Shown one piece after another: positions 1 through 8,461 of a stretch of DNA of 39,156 bases. How positions within the stretch are numbered: position 1 is the first letter of the stretch; each line of letters starts with the position of its first letter. The notes under the pieces are model-generated. The model was given only the letters and a program-made list of their open reading frames with translations, did not search any database and was not told where the DNA came from. This DNA comes from a virus (Duplodnaviria > Caudoviricetes): IMG/VR virus record IMGVR_UViG_3300030397_000442, positions 1 through 39,156 of that record. One strand, written 5' to 3'. Position numbers and translations under genes: made by a program.

Positions 1-447
1 GGTGGACGCAGTGCCGCCTACGCCCGCCCCCCCGGTAGTTCCTGCTGCAGCGCCCCCTGCAAGGGCCTCAGCCCCCACACCGGCAAAAGCAATAGCCGTC
101 ATCAGCGCAGCGGCCTGCCACGGCTCTAAACCATCATCCTCAGAGTTGGTCCGTGTGATCCTGGCCGAATAGTCCGTACCCGAAGGACTCCCAGAGGTGT
201 TTACAAACCCGTAGTTACCACCGCCCATATCCACCCAGTAAGGAACACCCAAGTCAATGGCGTTCATGCCCTCAAACATCGGGATGCCCTGGCTCGCATA
301 CCAGGAGCGCTGGTTATTCACATACTGGTTTGAATAGTCCTGCAGGACGGGCTGGCCGGTATAGGCCAAGTCCTCGTGTAACCGGGCACCAGGGCCATTG
401 GGATTAACCCGGCTCTGGTAGTAGTCCCAGTTTGATTGCCAGGTCAT
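1..447 (-). CDS. 5' part of P22 gp7-like DNA ejection protein (continues across the junction to 38107; about 457 aa in total)
   Basis: ATG at 447 overlaps the TGA of the upstream gene (ATGA). Open frame MTWQSNWDYY...GLEPWQAAALMTAIAF joins ORF 38107..39135. Confidence 0.8.
   Translation of the reverse strand, partial: MTWQSNWDYYQSRVNPNGPGARLHEDLAYTGQPVLQDYSNQYVNNQRSWYASQGIPMFEGMNAIDLGVPYWVDMGGGNYGFVNTSGSPSGTDYSARITRTNSEDDGLEPWQAAALMTAIAFAGVGAEALAGGAAAGTTGGAGVGGTAST
2..123. repeat. Terminal overlap (122 bp) identical to 39035-39156; circular assembly junction
   Basis: Direct comparison: 2-123 = 39035-39156; base 1 (g) differs from 39034 (a). An ORF reads in frame across the junction. Confidence 0.95.
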
Positions 448-779
448 GAATACTCCTGGCCATCCAGATGAAGATTAACCTTGTCGGCAACATCCGCCAC
501 CCAGTGAATGGCGTCACTCTCGTTCAACCGGGCACCGATCATTTCATGTAGTACCTCGGTCTCACCCGCCAGAATCGTCCAGGTCTTCACCTTGGTGTCC
601 GCATTCGCCGTACCACCCGAAGGTACCTGATACAGGGTCAGAGTCCGGCCTGAAGAGTCGTCATTGTAGGCAATTGCCCGCGTGATCTGCGTCCGCGTGT
701 TATCGCCAGCGGTATAGACCGCAGCAGACGAATCGGGGGCCTGATCTGCGGTAATCAGGCGTTTTGCGCGAATTGCCAT
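444..779 (-). CDS. Small beta-rich virion/tail-associated protein
   Basis: 111 aa, translationally coupled on both sides, located between tail and ejection genes. Confidence 0.6.
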   Translation of the reverse strand: MAIRAKRLITADQAPDSSAAVYTAGDNTRTQITRAIAYNDDSSGRTLTLYQVPSGGTANADTKVKTWTILAGETEVLHEMIGARLNESDAIHWVADVADKVNLHLDGQEYS

Positions 780-1357
780 TACTCAATCCTCTGGATGTAC
801 GCTTTTGCGAAGTATTTGATACCAGACGCGGGGATTGCTGCCTCGGCATTGCCCGTATCGTCTACGTTGTAAGTCCCGCCCGAATCGGCATCGGCGTGGA
901 TGATGAACGAGGCCGTGAGGTCGTCAGTCACCCCGGTTCCGTCACACAACTGGAAGCCATCAGGAATGTCTGGGATCGCCCCAGACCACGCGACAATAGC
1001 GCCTATGGGGACAATGCCCTTCAGGGCCTCTGTAGCCACGCTCAGGGCCTTTTGGGCCACCTGCATGGCTGCCATGTCATCTATGGCCTCTGCCTCTACC
1101 TTGGCTGCAGGGACCGCATCAGGCACAGCCTGCGATACTTGGGGCGGGCCTATCGACTCAGGGGCCTCTGCCTCACTCTCTGAGAAGGGAATGACAGGGT
1201 TGTGGGTGTTCCACTCAACCTGGTCGAAGTCGCCCCCGGTTCGCTCCCTCGATTGGTAGACCTCCTGCAACAAGGCCCGAATAAACGGCCCTATCTGGGG
1301 GTGAAAGGCCCACTCTTCGGGGATCTGGTTGAGAGGGGTGCGATTGACACCTACCAC
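779..1357 (-). CDS. Tail protein (tail-needle position) with C-terminal phage tail-collar-like motif
   Basis: VPIGAIVAWSGAIPDIPDGFQLCDGT is a collar-type motif; the gene follows the gp10-like gene as P22 gp26 does. Confidence 0.6.
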   Translation of the reverse strand: MVGVNRTPLNQIPEEWAFHPQIGPFIRALLQEVYQSRERTGGDFDQVEWNTHNPVIPFSESEAEAPESIGPPQVSQAVPDAVPAAKVEAEAIDDMAAMQVAQKALSVATEALKGIVPIGAIVAWSGAIPDIPDGFQLCDGTGVTDDLTASFIIHADADSGGTYNVDDTGNAEAAIPASGIKYFAKAYIQRIE

Positions 1358-2751
1358 CCGGCAAACTCCACCTCTGCCTCTGCGTCAAACAGGGAGAGGT
1401 ACACGGGGTCAGAACACATAATGCGAGCCTTCACCTTATAACCAGTGGAGAAGTCCCAGAAATCCACCCGCTTGTCGTAGTCACCCATCACGCCAAATTC
1501 AACATGCTGCTGGGCCTGCCAAGTCCTACCCCCATCGGGGGAGAACTGGCACATCAACTCAGGCGTCGAACCCTGGCCACTTGCGAGGCCAACCCCAACC
1601 TCCATATCAATGGTCAGTCGAGAGGCCGTGACACAGCCCTTTTCTCGCTTAATGCTCTGCGCGGTGATATTCGGGAGGGTTCTAATCCTCAGCCTGGCAT
1701 CGCCGTTGTCGGTGTACGTATCGGGGTCTAGCTCGTAGACGTTCCCGCTGCGCCAGTCGGCTACGAGATTCTTGTCATAGCAATTGATCACCGCATTCCC
1801 ATACCACCGCTCGGGATTGGTGATCTGTGTTCCTGCAGCAAGATCCACCCAGTAATTCCATTTTTCGGAATACAAAAGGGTCGCATCCGCAGAGGGGAAG
1901 GCGAACAGCACGAAATCCTGCCCGTTGAGCACGAACCTCGATGCAATGCAGTCCGATACGTCAGAGAAGGACTCCAGTGCATTCGCTACCGGGGTGCTTT
2001 GGATGCTCCGCGCACTCGCCCCCACCCCCTGGTAGACCTTCCGGTCATCACCTAACCAGTACAGGTAGGAATCGGTATTGCACACCGCGTGAGTGCCCGC
2101 CAAGCCCACGTTGATCAGGGCGTTGTCCTGCCTCTGGGTCGGGGGATTCCCGGTTCCTGTGTGGACATGCGTCTCAATAGACTCGGAACCCATCATGTAG
2201 AGCAGTTGAGAGAAGCTATACACCCGCAACAGCCCATCGGGCAGAGCTTCGGCCTCGCCGTAGTTCAATGCGAAGTAGGTTGTACCGTCCGCCACATCAG
2301 ACGCCCCAAATAGCCCCCCATCCCCGGTGATAAAAAACGTCCGGTTGATGTAGGCGATAGACTTCGGGTTAGTAACAACGCCCTGGCTGATGGTAGAGAC
2401 CGTAGAGCCATCGTAGTGCCACAACTGCCCGTTGGCAGTGAAGAACAGGTTAGTGCCGTCATCAGCGAATACAGCCCGATCTGAGCCGCTTACCGTCCCC
2501 CGCGAGGTGTAAACGCCATTGCTCGATACTTTGTACAGAGTAGTCCCGCAAAGCTTGTACAGGGTATCTGACATGCGATGCCAGCCCCTATCCTTGCCCG
2601 ACTCTTCACCCAAAGACTTTAAACCGGGAAAGTCGTGCATACCCCAGCGGTCATTCACCTGATCGATGTACATGTTCCTCGTAATCTCAGAGGAAAACTG
2701 GACGGATTTATGCCCGCCCTTCGCCCCTACCAGGGGAAGAGGGACGATCAC
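1351..2751 (-). CDS. Tail hub / packaged-DNA stabilisation protein (P22 gp10-like)
   Basis: 466 aa beta-propeller-like sequence; PGLK near the N-terminus, C-terminal EVGVG...SPDGGRTW...GVMGDY..RV motif; synteny. Confidence 0.85.
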   Translation of the reverse strand: MIVPLPLVGAKGGHKSVQFSSEITRNMYIDQVNDRWGMHDFPGLKSLGEESGKDRGWHRMSDTLYKLCGTTLYKVSSNGVYTSRGTVSGSDRAVFADDGTNLFFTANGQLWHYDGSTVSTISQGVVTNPKSIAYINRTFFITGDGGLFGASDVADGTTYFALNYGEAEALPDGLLRVYSFSQLLYMMGSESIETHVHTGTGNPPTQRQDNALINVGLAGTHAVCNTDSYLYWLGDDRKVYQGVGASARSIQSTPVANALESFSDVSDCIASRFVLNGQDFVLFAFPSADATLLYSEKWNYWVDLAAGTQITNPERWYGNAVINCYDKNLVADWRSGNVYELDPDTYTDNGDARLRIRTLPNITAQSIKREKGCVTASRLTIDMEVGVGLASGQGSTPELMCQFSPDGGRTWQAQQHVEFGVMGDYDKRVDFWDFSTGYKVKARIMCSDPVYLSLFDAEAEVEFAGW

Positions 2752-3368
2752 ACCACCATCCCGCCAGCAATGCGTCGAGTCGGTACCGGGCCATACCTTC
2801 CCTGCCGGGATTTTCGGTTTGCACGGGCAACATGCTTGTTAAACACGCCCTCCCAGTATTGCGCCCGATTCTCGTTCTGCGCCCACTCGAAGAAATGCTT
2901 GAGTGAGCCAGACAAGTAGATCATGGGGTGCTCAGTGAGAACCGCATTGGTCGTATTTGAAGTGGAAAGCGGGGTCGGCTCCTTCCAGTACTTCATTTCC
3001 AGTGTGTATTCCTGGTCTGAAGTCCGGTTGAACTCCAGCTGCGTGCCCGCCGTGAACTCTACAGGCATCCCCGCACGGTCGATCACGCACAAATTCTTCG
3101 GATCGGTGTAATCCAGATCCACATGCGCACCGTCTGACAGGATAATCCGCAGCCTTCTCATGGCGATAAAGCCATCAGGCAGCTGAATGAACCTGTCAGA
3201 GGTGGAGGTCACCGCCGTAGCCCGAGCCTCCATATCCCTGATCCGTAAAACGTCCCAAATATCGGACTCAGCCAGGTCTATGAACGTATCCAGCATGGAA
3301 GACGCGTCACCGCGCTTGCCATAGGACTGAATGGCGCTTTTTAGCTCGGAATACGAGGTGATGGACAT
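2748..3368 (-). CDS. Head-tail adaptor protein
   Basis: ITSYSELKSAI...FIDLAE...LPDGF...TNAVLTEHPMIYLSGSL pattern of podovirus adaptors; synteny. Confidence 0.75.
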   Translation of the reverse strand: MSITSYSELKSAIQSYGKRGDASSMLDTFIDLAESDIWDVLRIRDMEARATAVTSTSDRFIQLPDGFIAMRRLRIILSDGAHVDLDYTDPKNLCVIDRAGMPVEFTAGTQLEFNRTSDQEYTLEMKYWKEPTPLSTSNTTNAVLTEHPMIYLSGSLKHFFEWAQNENRAQYWEGVFNKHVARANRKSRQGRYGPVPTRRIAGGMVV

Positions 3369-3380
3369 AGATTCAGGGGC

Positions 3381-3578
3381 TTATTCAGCCCCCTCCTCCT
3401 TCTCGGTCTCTTCGACTTTCGGAGGGGTGAACTCCTCCATCCAGCTGGCTACCTTCTGGTCGCCCACAAGGGTGACGTCGAAGACATTGCCTTCATAGCG
3501 GCGCTGGGTGCCATAGAAACCCGGCTTGGTTGCGCGGACAGTTACAGTCCGCACTTTCTCTTTCGCAGTACGCGGCAT
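3381..3578 (-). CDS. Small hypothetical head-module protein
   Basis: 65 aa with GGAGG RBS; VRATKPGFYG motif; located between cement and adaptor genes. Confidence 0.65.
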   Translation of the reverse strand: MPRTAKEKVRTVTVRATKPGFYGTQRRYEGNVFDVTLVGDQKVASWMEEFTPPKVEETEKEEGAE

Positions 3579-3588
3579 ATCAGCCTCC

Positions 3589-4065
3589 TTACGCTACGGA
3601 ATAGCCGGACGCGTAGCTCACCTTCGGGTTGTCCAACAGGGCAGTCGGAACCACGTAGGCGGATACGGTCACTGAGGGAGAGGTACCGGACAGGGTGTAA
3701 CGAACACCTAGGTAGCGCTCATCCTCATCGCCAGACACCGGGGGGATGTTGATGGAGAACTGGAAGCCCGCCACCAGCAGGTCAGCGTTCTGGGCCGGAG
3801 CGGTCGGCGTACCGGACTCAAAGAGCCGGCGGCCTACAGACTGCTGACCAGAACCCTGGTTTGCGGCAGAGGCGAACTCCACATCAAACTGGTAGTCCTC
3901 GTCGCCGGAGGTCTGATCCGCCGCGACTTCCACCACGAACAGAACAGACACCGGCTCACCAGAGCCCACCGAGCGAGCTGCAGCGAGGTCAATCGTGTTG
4001 GTGCCCACGCCAGTGGAGGACACCGCCTGAGAGCTGGACAAGGCCAGATCATTGTCAAGAAACAT
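3589..4065 (-). CDS. Capsid cement/decoration protein (BPP-1 Bbp16-like)
   Basis: MFLDNDLALSSSQAV...TNTIDL and RYLGVRYT...VSAYVV match the Bbp16 pattern; directly after the MCP. Confidence 0.85.
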   Translation of the reverse strand: MFLDNDLALSSSQAVSSTGVGTNTIDLAAARSVGSGEPVSVLFVVEVAADQTSGDEDYQFDVEFASAANQGSGQQSVGRRLFESGTPTAPAQNADLLVAGFQFSINIPPVSGDEDERYLGVRYTLSGTSPSVTVSAYVVPTALLDNPKVSYASGYSVA

Positions 4066-4076
4066 CGTAAACCTCC

Positions 4077-5090
4077 TTAGCTTACTGCAGCTTCAGTTTT
4101 CAGCAGTGCATCCTCGATTTCGACGGGGATACCCAGCACCTTGGTGGTGAAGATGGTCTGGCCGAACTGGTTCAGGCCCTCTTCGATAGTCACCGCAGAC
4201 GAGGATTTCTCCAGGGCGGCAACACGCAGGTAAGACGCGGCAGTACGCGGCACGTAGAAGCACGGCTTGATACCGGACAGGCTCTGCAGCCGGTCAATCG
4301 AACGAGACATACACTTGATCAGCTCAGTGCTCGCACTGGACGCCTGAGTGCCAGTCAGGCCCTGCAGGTCCGAGACATCGACGTTGGCGATACGAACGCC
4401 ATAGCGCCAATCCTCGACACACAGCCCAACATCCCAGCTGTAGTCATCCATATATGCGCGGAAACGGTTGTTGTTGGAGTCGAACGCGTCCTGAATGCCC
4501 AGGTCTTCGTGTTGAAGTCCGCCCATTCCGCCTTTCGGGAAGATGGAGTTGATAGCGCCATCGCCCCAGCCAACCAGCCAGACAGAGAGGTTGTCCGAGC
4601 CACTACCGCCCGCATCAATGATGTTGTCAGCGTTACCGGCAGACAGATCGTTGTAGCGATTGGCGAGACCAATGAACTCCTCGGGATTGGCTGCCGAACC
4701 ATAGAACATGGTGGAGGCAACCTCCTGACGCATGGACTCGATAAAGGCAACGTTTTCCTTGGCCCGGAACTCCGGGGTATTGCCGTTGAGCTTGGCGACC
4801 TTGACATCAATCTGCCCCCGCTGAGAGGCAGTGCCGCACTGCTCGTCCACCTGGGTAGTGGTGGCTTTGCTGGTGGGAACGCCCTGGTTCATCAGGCGCC
4901 AGTAAGTGGTCGGCAAACCAGTCCGCTGAGTTACGCGGTGACCAGTGGGCAGGTTGCCTTCCTGCATGAGCATCGTCTTAACGATGCCGTTGTTTTGGGA
5001 CAGCAGCTCCGCTACCGCAGCGGTGGAGCCGTCCGGGTCTACCTGCTTCGACCAGTCGATCAGGGTTTTCAAAGTGCCGATAGTGGCCAT
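4077..5090 (-). CDS. Major capsid protein (BPP-1 Bbp17-like, HK97 fold)
   Basis: DPDG..AAVAELL, EGNLPTGHR.T.RTGLP, EF.GLA.RY, DWRYGVRIANVD motifs. Confidence 0.92.
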   Translation of the reverse strand: MATIGTLKTLIDWSKQVDPDGSTAAVAELLSQNNGIVKTMLMQEGNLPTGHRVTQRTGLPTTYWRLMNQGVPTSKATTTQVDEQCGTASQRGQIDVKVAKLNGNTPEFRAKENVAFIESMRQEVASTMFYGSAANPEEFIGLANRYNDLSAGNADNIIDAGGSGSDNLSVWLVGWGDGAINSIFPKGGMGGLQHEDLGIQDAFDSNNNRFRAYMDDYSWDVGLCVEDWRYGVRIANVDVSDLQGLTGTQASSASTELIKCMSRSIDRLQSLSGIKPCFYVPRTAASYLRVAALEKSSSAVTIEEGLNQFGQTIFTTKVLGIPVEIEDALLKTEAAVS

Positions 5091-5099
5091 GATTCACTC

Positions 5100-5915
5100 C
5101 TACATATTGGGATACATGCGTTGTGCTAACGTTTTTTGCCCGGTTTTGGAGGTCTCAGACTTCTTGGGCGTTGGCGCCTTCAGAACCGTCTTCTTGACCT
5201 CGGGAGCTTTCGCCTTGAGTTGGCGCAGTTCCTCGGCATCCCGAATAGCCTCCATCACCCACGGCACCTGGATGGAGTTGAACTCATCCTGTGTGGAACC
5301 CTTGTGGGTGGCGTAGGCCTGAATGGCTTTGAGGTCTGTACCTTTCTTGTCGGCGTCTTCCCAGCCGAGCGCTGAGTGAAGCTTTTGATAATTCGCGGCG
5401 TGAACGTCCTGCCGAAGCTTCTGCGCCTTCTCAACGAGCTTGGAGAGGGTCTTGCCCCTCTCTTCCCACTGTTCTTTTTGGCGCAGGTATTCCCCGGTAT
5501 TCGATTCGCGAAGCTCCTCCATCTTGGCTTCATCAAGATCACCCGAGATCAGCTGGCTCAGCTCGGACTCAATCTCTCCGAGTACATCCAGCTTGCCCTG
5601 GAACTCCGTGCGCTGTGTTTCAAACGCCTTTCGCTCGTCGGACAATGCCTGGGTTTTCTTGGTGTAATCCGCCTGCATCAATGCGCCAGACTTCCACTCT
5701 TCGATTTGCTCGCGGGTCGCCTCAAGTCCATCGCCAAAATCGTAGATTTCAGCCTCTTGAGGTTCCGCGCCTTCCTCGTTGGTGGCGGCAGATTGCGTGT
5801 CGATAGCATCCGCATCAGGAGCGGCTGTATCTGAGGCTTGCGCCTCGGTGTCTACGTCAGTTGCACTCGGAGTGTCATCGGTAGAGGTATCGGTTCCGCT
5901 AAGGTTCTCCGACAT
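5100..5915 (-). CDS. Scaffolding protein
   Basis: Acidic N-terminus, QADYTKKTQALS motif, coiled coil, basic C-terminus; immediately upstream of the MCP. Confidence 0.85.
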   Translation of the reverse strand: MSENLSGTDTSTDDTPSATDVDTEAQASDTAAPDADAIDTQSAATNEEGAEPQEAEIYDFGDGLEATREQIEEWKSGALMQADYTKKTQALSDERKAFETQRTEFQGKLDVLGEIESELSQLISGDLDEAKMEELRESNTGEYLRQKEQWEERGKTLSKLVEKAQKLRQDVHAANYQKLHSALGWEDADKKGTDLKAIQAYATHKGSTQDEFNSIQVPWVMEAIRDAEELRQLKAKAPEVKKTVLKAPTPKKSETSKTGQKTLAQRMYPNM

Positions 5916-5929
5916 TTTTGGTCTCCCAT

Positions 5930-5954
5930 AAAAAGGGCCGCGTTATGCGACCCT
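5930..5954 (-). promoter_or_regulatory. Stem-loop plus U-tract just upstream of the scaffold RBS (terminator or translational control element)
   Basis: Minus strand AGGGTCGC-ATAAC-GCGGCCCT-TTT, followed by GGGAGA and the ATG. Confidence 0.5.
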
Positions 5955-5973
5955 GTTCAAGATTCCCACCCGG

Positions 5974-6267
5974 CTAGGTGAGTTTTTCTTTGATTCTTTG
6001 TATGAGGGGCTTGGCCTCCTTCTCGGCCTCCCCTCCGTCCCTGACAATTCGGCTCAAGGCATTGCGGTAGAGATCGCACACCTGGAGCATGCGCCACACC
6101 TCGCGGCGCTCGTCGTCTTGCTCGAAGGATGTGCTTTGCAGTTTCTTCAGCAGGTTGGCCCGAACCAGGTTATCCGCGATCTGCCAGCCCGAGTTTTTGA
6201 AGTCCAGGGCGTTCTGCCCGTTGGCGATGCGCTCCTTCAGCTTCTCAAGTCGTTCCTCGTCGGTCAC
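5974..6267 (-). CDS. Hypothetical head-module protein between portal and scaffold
   Basis: 97 aa helical protein, AGGAGG RBS, GTGA coupling. Confidence 0.7.
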   Translation of the reverse strand: MTDEERLEKLKERIANGQNALDFKNSGWQIADNLVRANLLKKLQSTSFEQDDERREVWRMLQVCDLYRNALSRIVRDGGEAEKEAKPLIQRIKEKLT

Positions 6268-6422
6268 CCCGCGCCTCCTTTCGTTGCATCACCAATCGTC
6301 ACTCGCGGTGCCTCTTGCTTTCTGAGGTCTTGCCGGGCCTTCTGGCGCCCCTTGCGTGTGGCCTTCTCCATCGTGCGATTTTTGCCAGGCCCGCACGCCC
6401 CCTGCTTCGGGACAGTCCTCAC
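6264..6422 (-). CDS. Small basic protein (52 aa), paralogue of 10300..10566
   Basis: Not in the ORF track. MRTVPKQGACGPGKNRTMEKATRKGRQKARQDLRKQEAPRVTIGDATKGGAG; GTGA overlaps at both ends. Confidence 0.75.
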   Translation of the reverse strand: MRTVPKQGACGPGKNRTMEKATRKGRQKARQDLRKQEAPRVTIGDATKGGAG

Positions 6423-8461
6423 ACCATCGCCCCCGGCACATCCACAGAATGGGTCAGCTCAAGGTCAGTCGCCTTCAGGGCCGCACTCATTGCTGCCTCC
6501 TTCTGCTCCTGGCTGAGACTGGCCCAGAACTGCTTATCTTTCTGCGCCAGATCCATGATAAATTTCTGGAACTCAAACTGGTGTTTCTGGTGCTGCTCGG
6601 TCAATCGACCTTGAGCCTTCACTTGCTCAGCCTGAGCCAACGGGTTCTGCACCATCTGCTTGAGCTGTGAATTCTCACTGAACAGCTGCATGGCTCGCGC
6701 ATACAGCATTTCCTCGGGCATCTCGGGGTCATTGAAGTACTCGCCGGGGTCGGGCTGGCCCATCGCCTTCATCAGCTTGGAAAGGGCGTTGTACATCTTC
6801 TTCCAGTCGGCCAGAGGGCTGCCGGACTGGATGTGCTGCCACTGCTGCTGAACCACCGCGCCAAGGTTGGCGATGATTTGCTCGTTATCGCCCGCACCCA
6901 ATCCCACCTGAGACTGGCAGTAATGTTCGTACTTCCAGCCCTTCGGATCGACGGAGAACTGTTTACCGAGCACCATAAATTCGGCGGTATCGTCCTGATA
7001 GTGTTGAGCCGTCCAGATAACCCCCTCGAACAGCTCTCTAAACCCGGTCTCAGCGTACACGCGGGCCACCAACTCAAGCTTGGCCTCCTGAGCGTCCTGC
7101 ACACCCTCAAACCGAGTGGCGGTCTCCTTGTAGAGCTTGTCGCTATCCAAGCCCTGATTCGCCATCTGATTGCCCAGAGTGACGGACTTCTCTGCATCCA
7201 GGTACTGGATAACCTGCAGAGCCTTGTCGCCCACATACGGGGTCACGATGGGTAGAAGGGCTTCACCGGGCGGGCCATCAGTGCGGATAATCCGGTTGAT
7301 CTGCTCACTCAGAGCGTCATCGAGGTTGGTCTTACCCCCATCAATTGATCCATCCGAGTCATCCACACCCAGTGCGGGGCGGTTCACAGAGTAGATGTTA
7401 TCCATCACCCCGCGCTTGACGGCGGTTTTCTCCAACTGGAAGCGGCTGGCCTGCTCGCCCCTGGAATTACCTATCGCTGAATGCGGCTCAAGCAACTGGG
7501 AGAAGATGGCATAGGGAACATGGCCGTAGGGCTCCTGCTCCAGAATAGTCTCCCGACACTTCACGATCATGCGGCGCTCAGGAATGCCGTCTTCGTCGTA
7601 GTCCACAAGGGCATAAAGGGTCTGGATAGTGACCTCTTCATTTGTCCAGTGGTATCCAGAGGCCTGGTCCCACCCGCCCTTATCGGCAAATCGGCGGCGT
7701 TTGGAATCGTCGCTGTCATCCTCGCCGTCAGGAACAAGGCCTTTGATTAACTCCTCGGGGTATCCCTCGGCAATCAGCCTGCCCTTGGATTTCGTGGTCT
7801 CATGCCCCACCAGCATGGCGGTGTCTTTACAAGTCGCCCCACGAGAGAGAATGAACGACTCACCCGGTACAGCTGATATGGCAATTTTCTTGCGCTTTGT
7901 GACCACCCGGAAGCGAACGTTGAATTTTTCGTCTTTCGTCTGCTCCTGGGTCTCCACCTCTACCCGGTCGGCTGTTTCTTCCGCTTCCAGCTCCTGAAGA
8001 GTCATGGTCAGGGCTTCTTCAGTCAGCCCCTCATACCGCACATACCGGGGTGTTTCGCTCTCCTCCATCCGGTAGTAGGCAACGGAGCACTTGGCCTTGC
8101 CTGGCTCCTTCAGGAGGTCGTGAAGAGTTTTAAAGCTGTCTTTCTGCCCACGAATCAGGTAGTTCGCATACTTGGTCTTCTGCTCGGCCTCATCAACATC
8201 CGCCTCAGTGAGAGGGATGAACTTCATAATGTCCGTCGAGCCCAGGAAGATGCGGGCAAAGGCAGGCATGTCGCTCTCTACCGTGTCGTACACATCGGAC
8301 GCGATGACCTTGGAGCGGCCCTCCTCCTCGTTGCCGTACAGTTCCTGCCTGTAGGCTTTATCCAGGGCGGCATTGGCCTTCTCGAAGTCCTTATTGGCGT
8401 ACTTGATCGAATCCCCCAGCAGGTTCTTGAGAACCGTCAGGAGTTCGCCGTCAGTCATCAT
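6419..8461 (-). CDS. Portal protein (podovirus type)
   Basis: 680 aa after terL; GNEEEGRSKVIASDVYDTVE, DYDEDGIPERR, ETAT, VGLGAG motifs and a C-terminal coiled coil. Confidence 0.9.
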   Translation of the reverse strand: MMTDGELLTVLKNLLGDSIKYANKDFEKANAALDKAYRQELYGNEEEGRSKVIASDVYDTVESDMPAFARIFLGSTDIMKFIPLTEADVDEAEQKTKYANYLIRGQKDSFKTLHDLLKEPGKAKCSVAYYRMEESETPRYVRYEGLTEEALTMTLQELEAEETADRVEVETQEQTKDEKFNVRFRVVTKRKKIAISAVPGESFILSRGATCKDTAMLVGHETTKSKGRLIAEGYPEELIKGLVPDGEDDSDDSKRRRFADKGGWDQASGYHWTNEEVTIQTLYALVDYDEDGIPERRMIVKCRETILEQEPYGHVPYAIFSQLLEPHSAIGNSRGEQASRFQLEKTAVKRGVMDNIYSVNRPALGVDDSDGSIDGGKTNLDDALSEQINRIIRTDGPPGEALLPIVTPYVGDKALQVIQYLDAEKSVTLGNQMANQGLDSDKLYKETATRFEGVQDAQEAKLELVARVYAETGFRELFEGVIWTAQHYQDDTAEFMVLGKQFSVDPKGWKYEHYCQSQVGLGAGDNEQIIANLGAVVQQQWQHIQSGSPLADWKKMYNALSKLMKAMGQPDPGEYFNDPEMPEEMLYARAMQLFSENSQLKQMVQNPLAQAEQVKAQGRLTEQHQKHQFEFQKFIMDLAQKDKQFWASLSQEQKEAAMSAALKATDLELTHSVDVPGAMV

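Noticed and set aside
2-123. Physical direct terminal repeat of the virion DNA
   Set aside because: It falls inside a coding sequence and has the size of an assembler overlap; the terminase type suggests headful packaging.
3589-5090. Diversity-generating retroelement, suggested by the BPP-1-like head
   Set aside because: No reverse transcriptase motif and no adenine-specific TR/VR repeat pair seen; the tailspike duplications differ at all base types.
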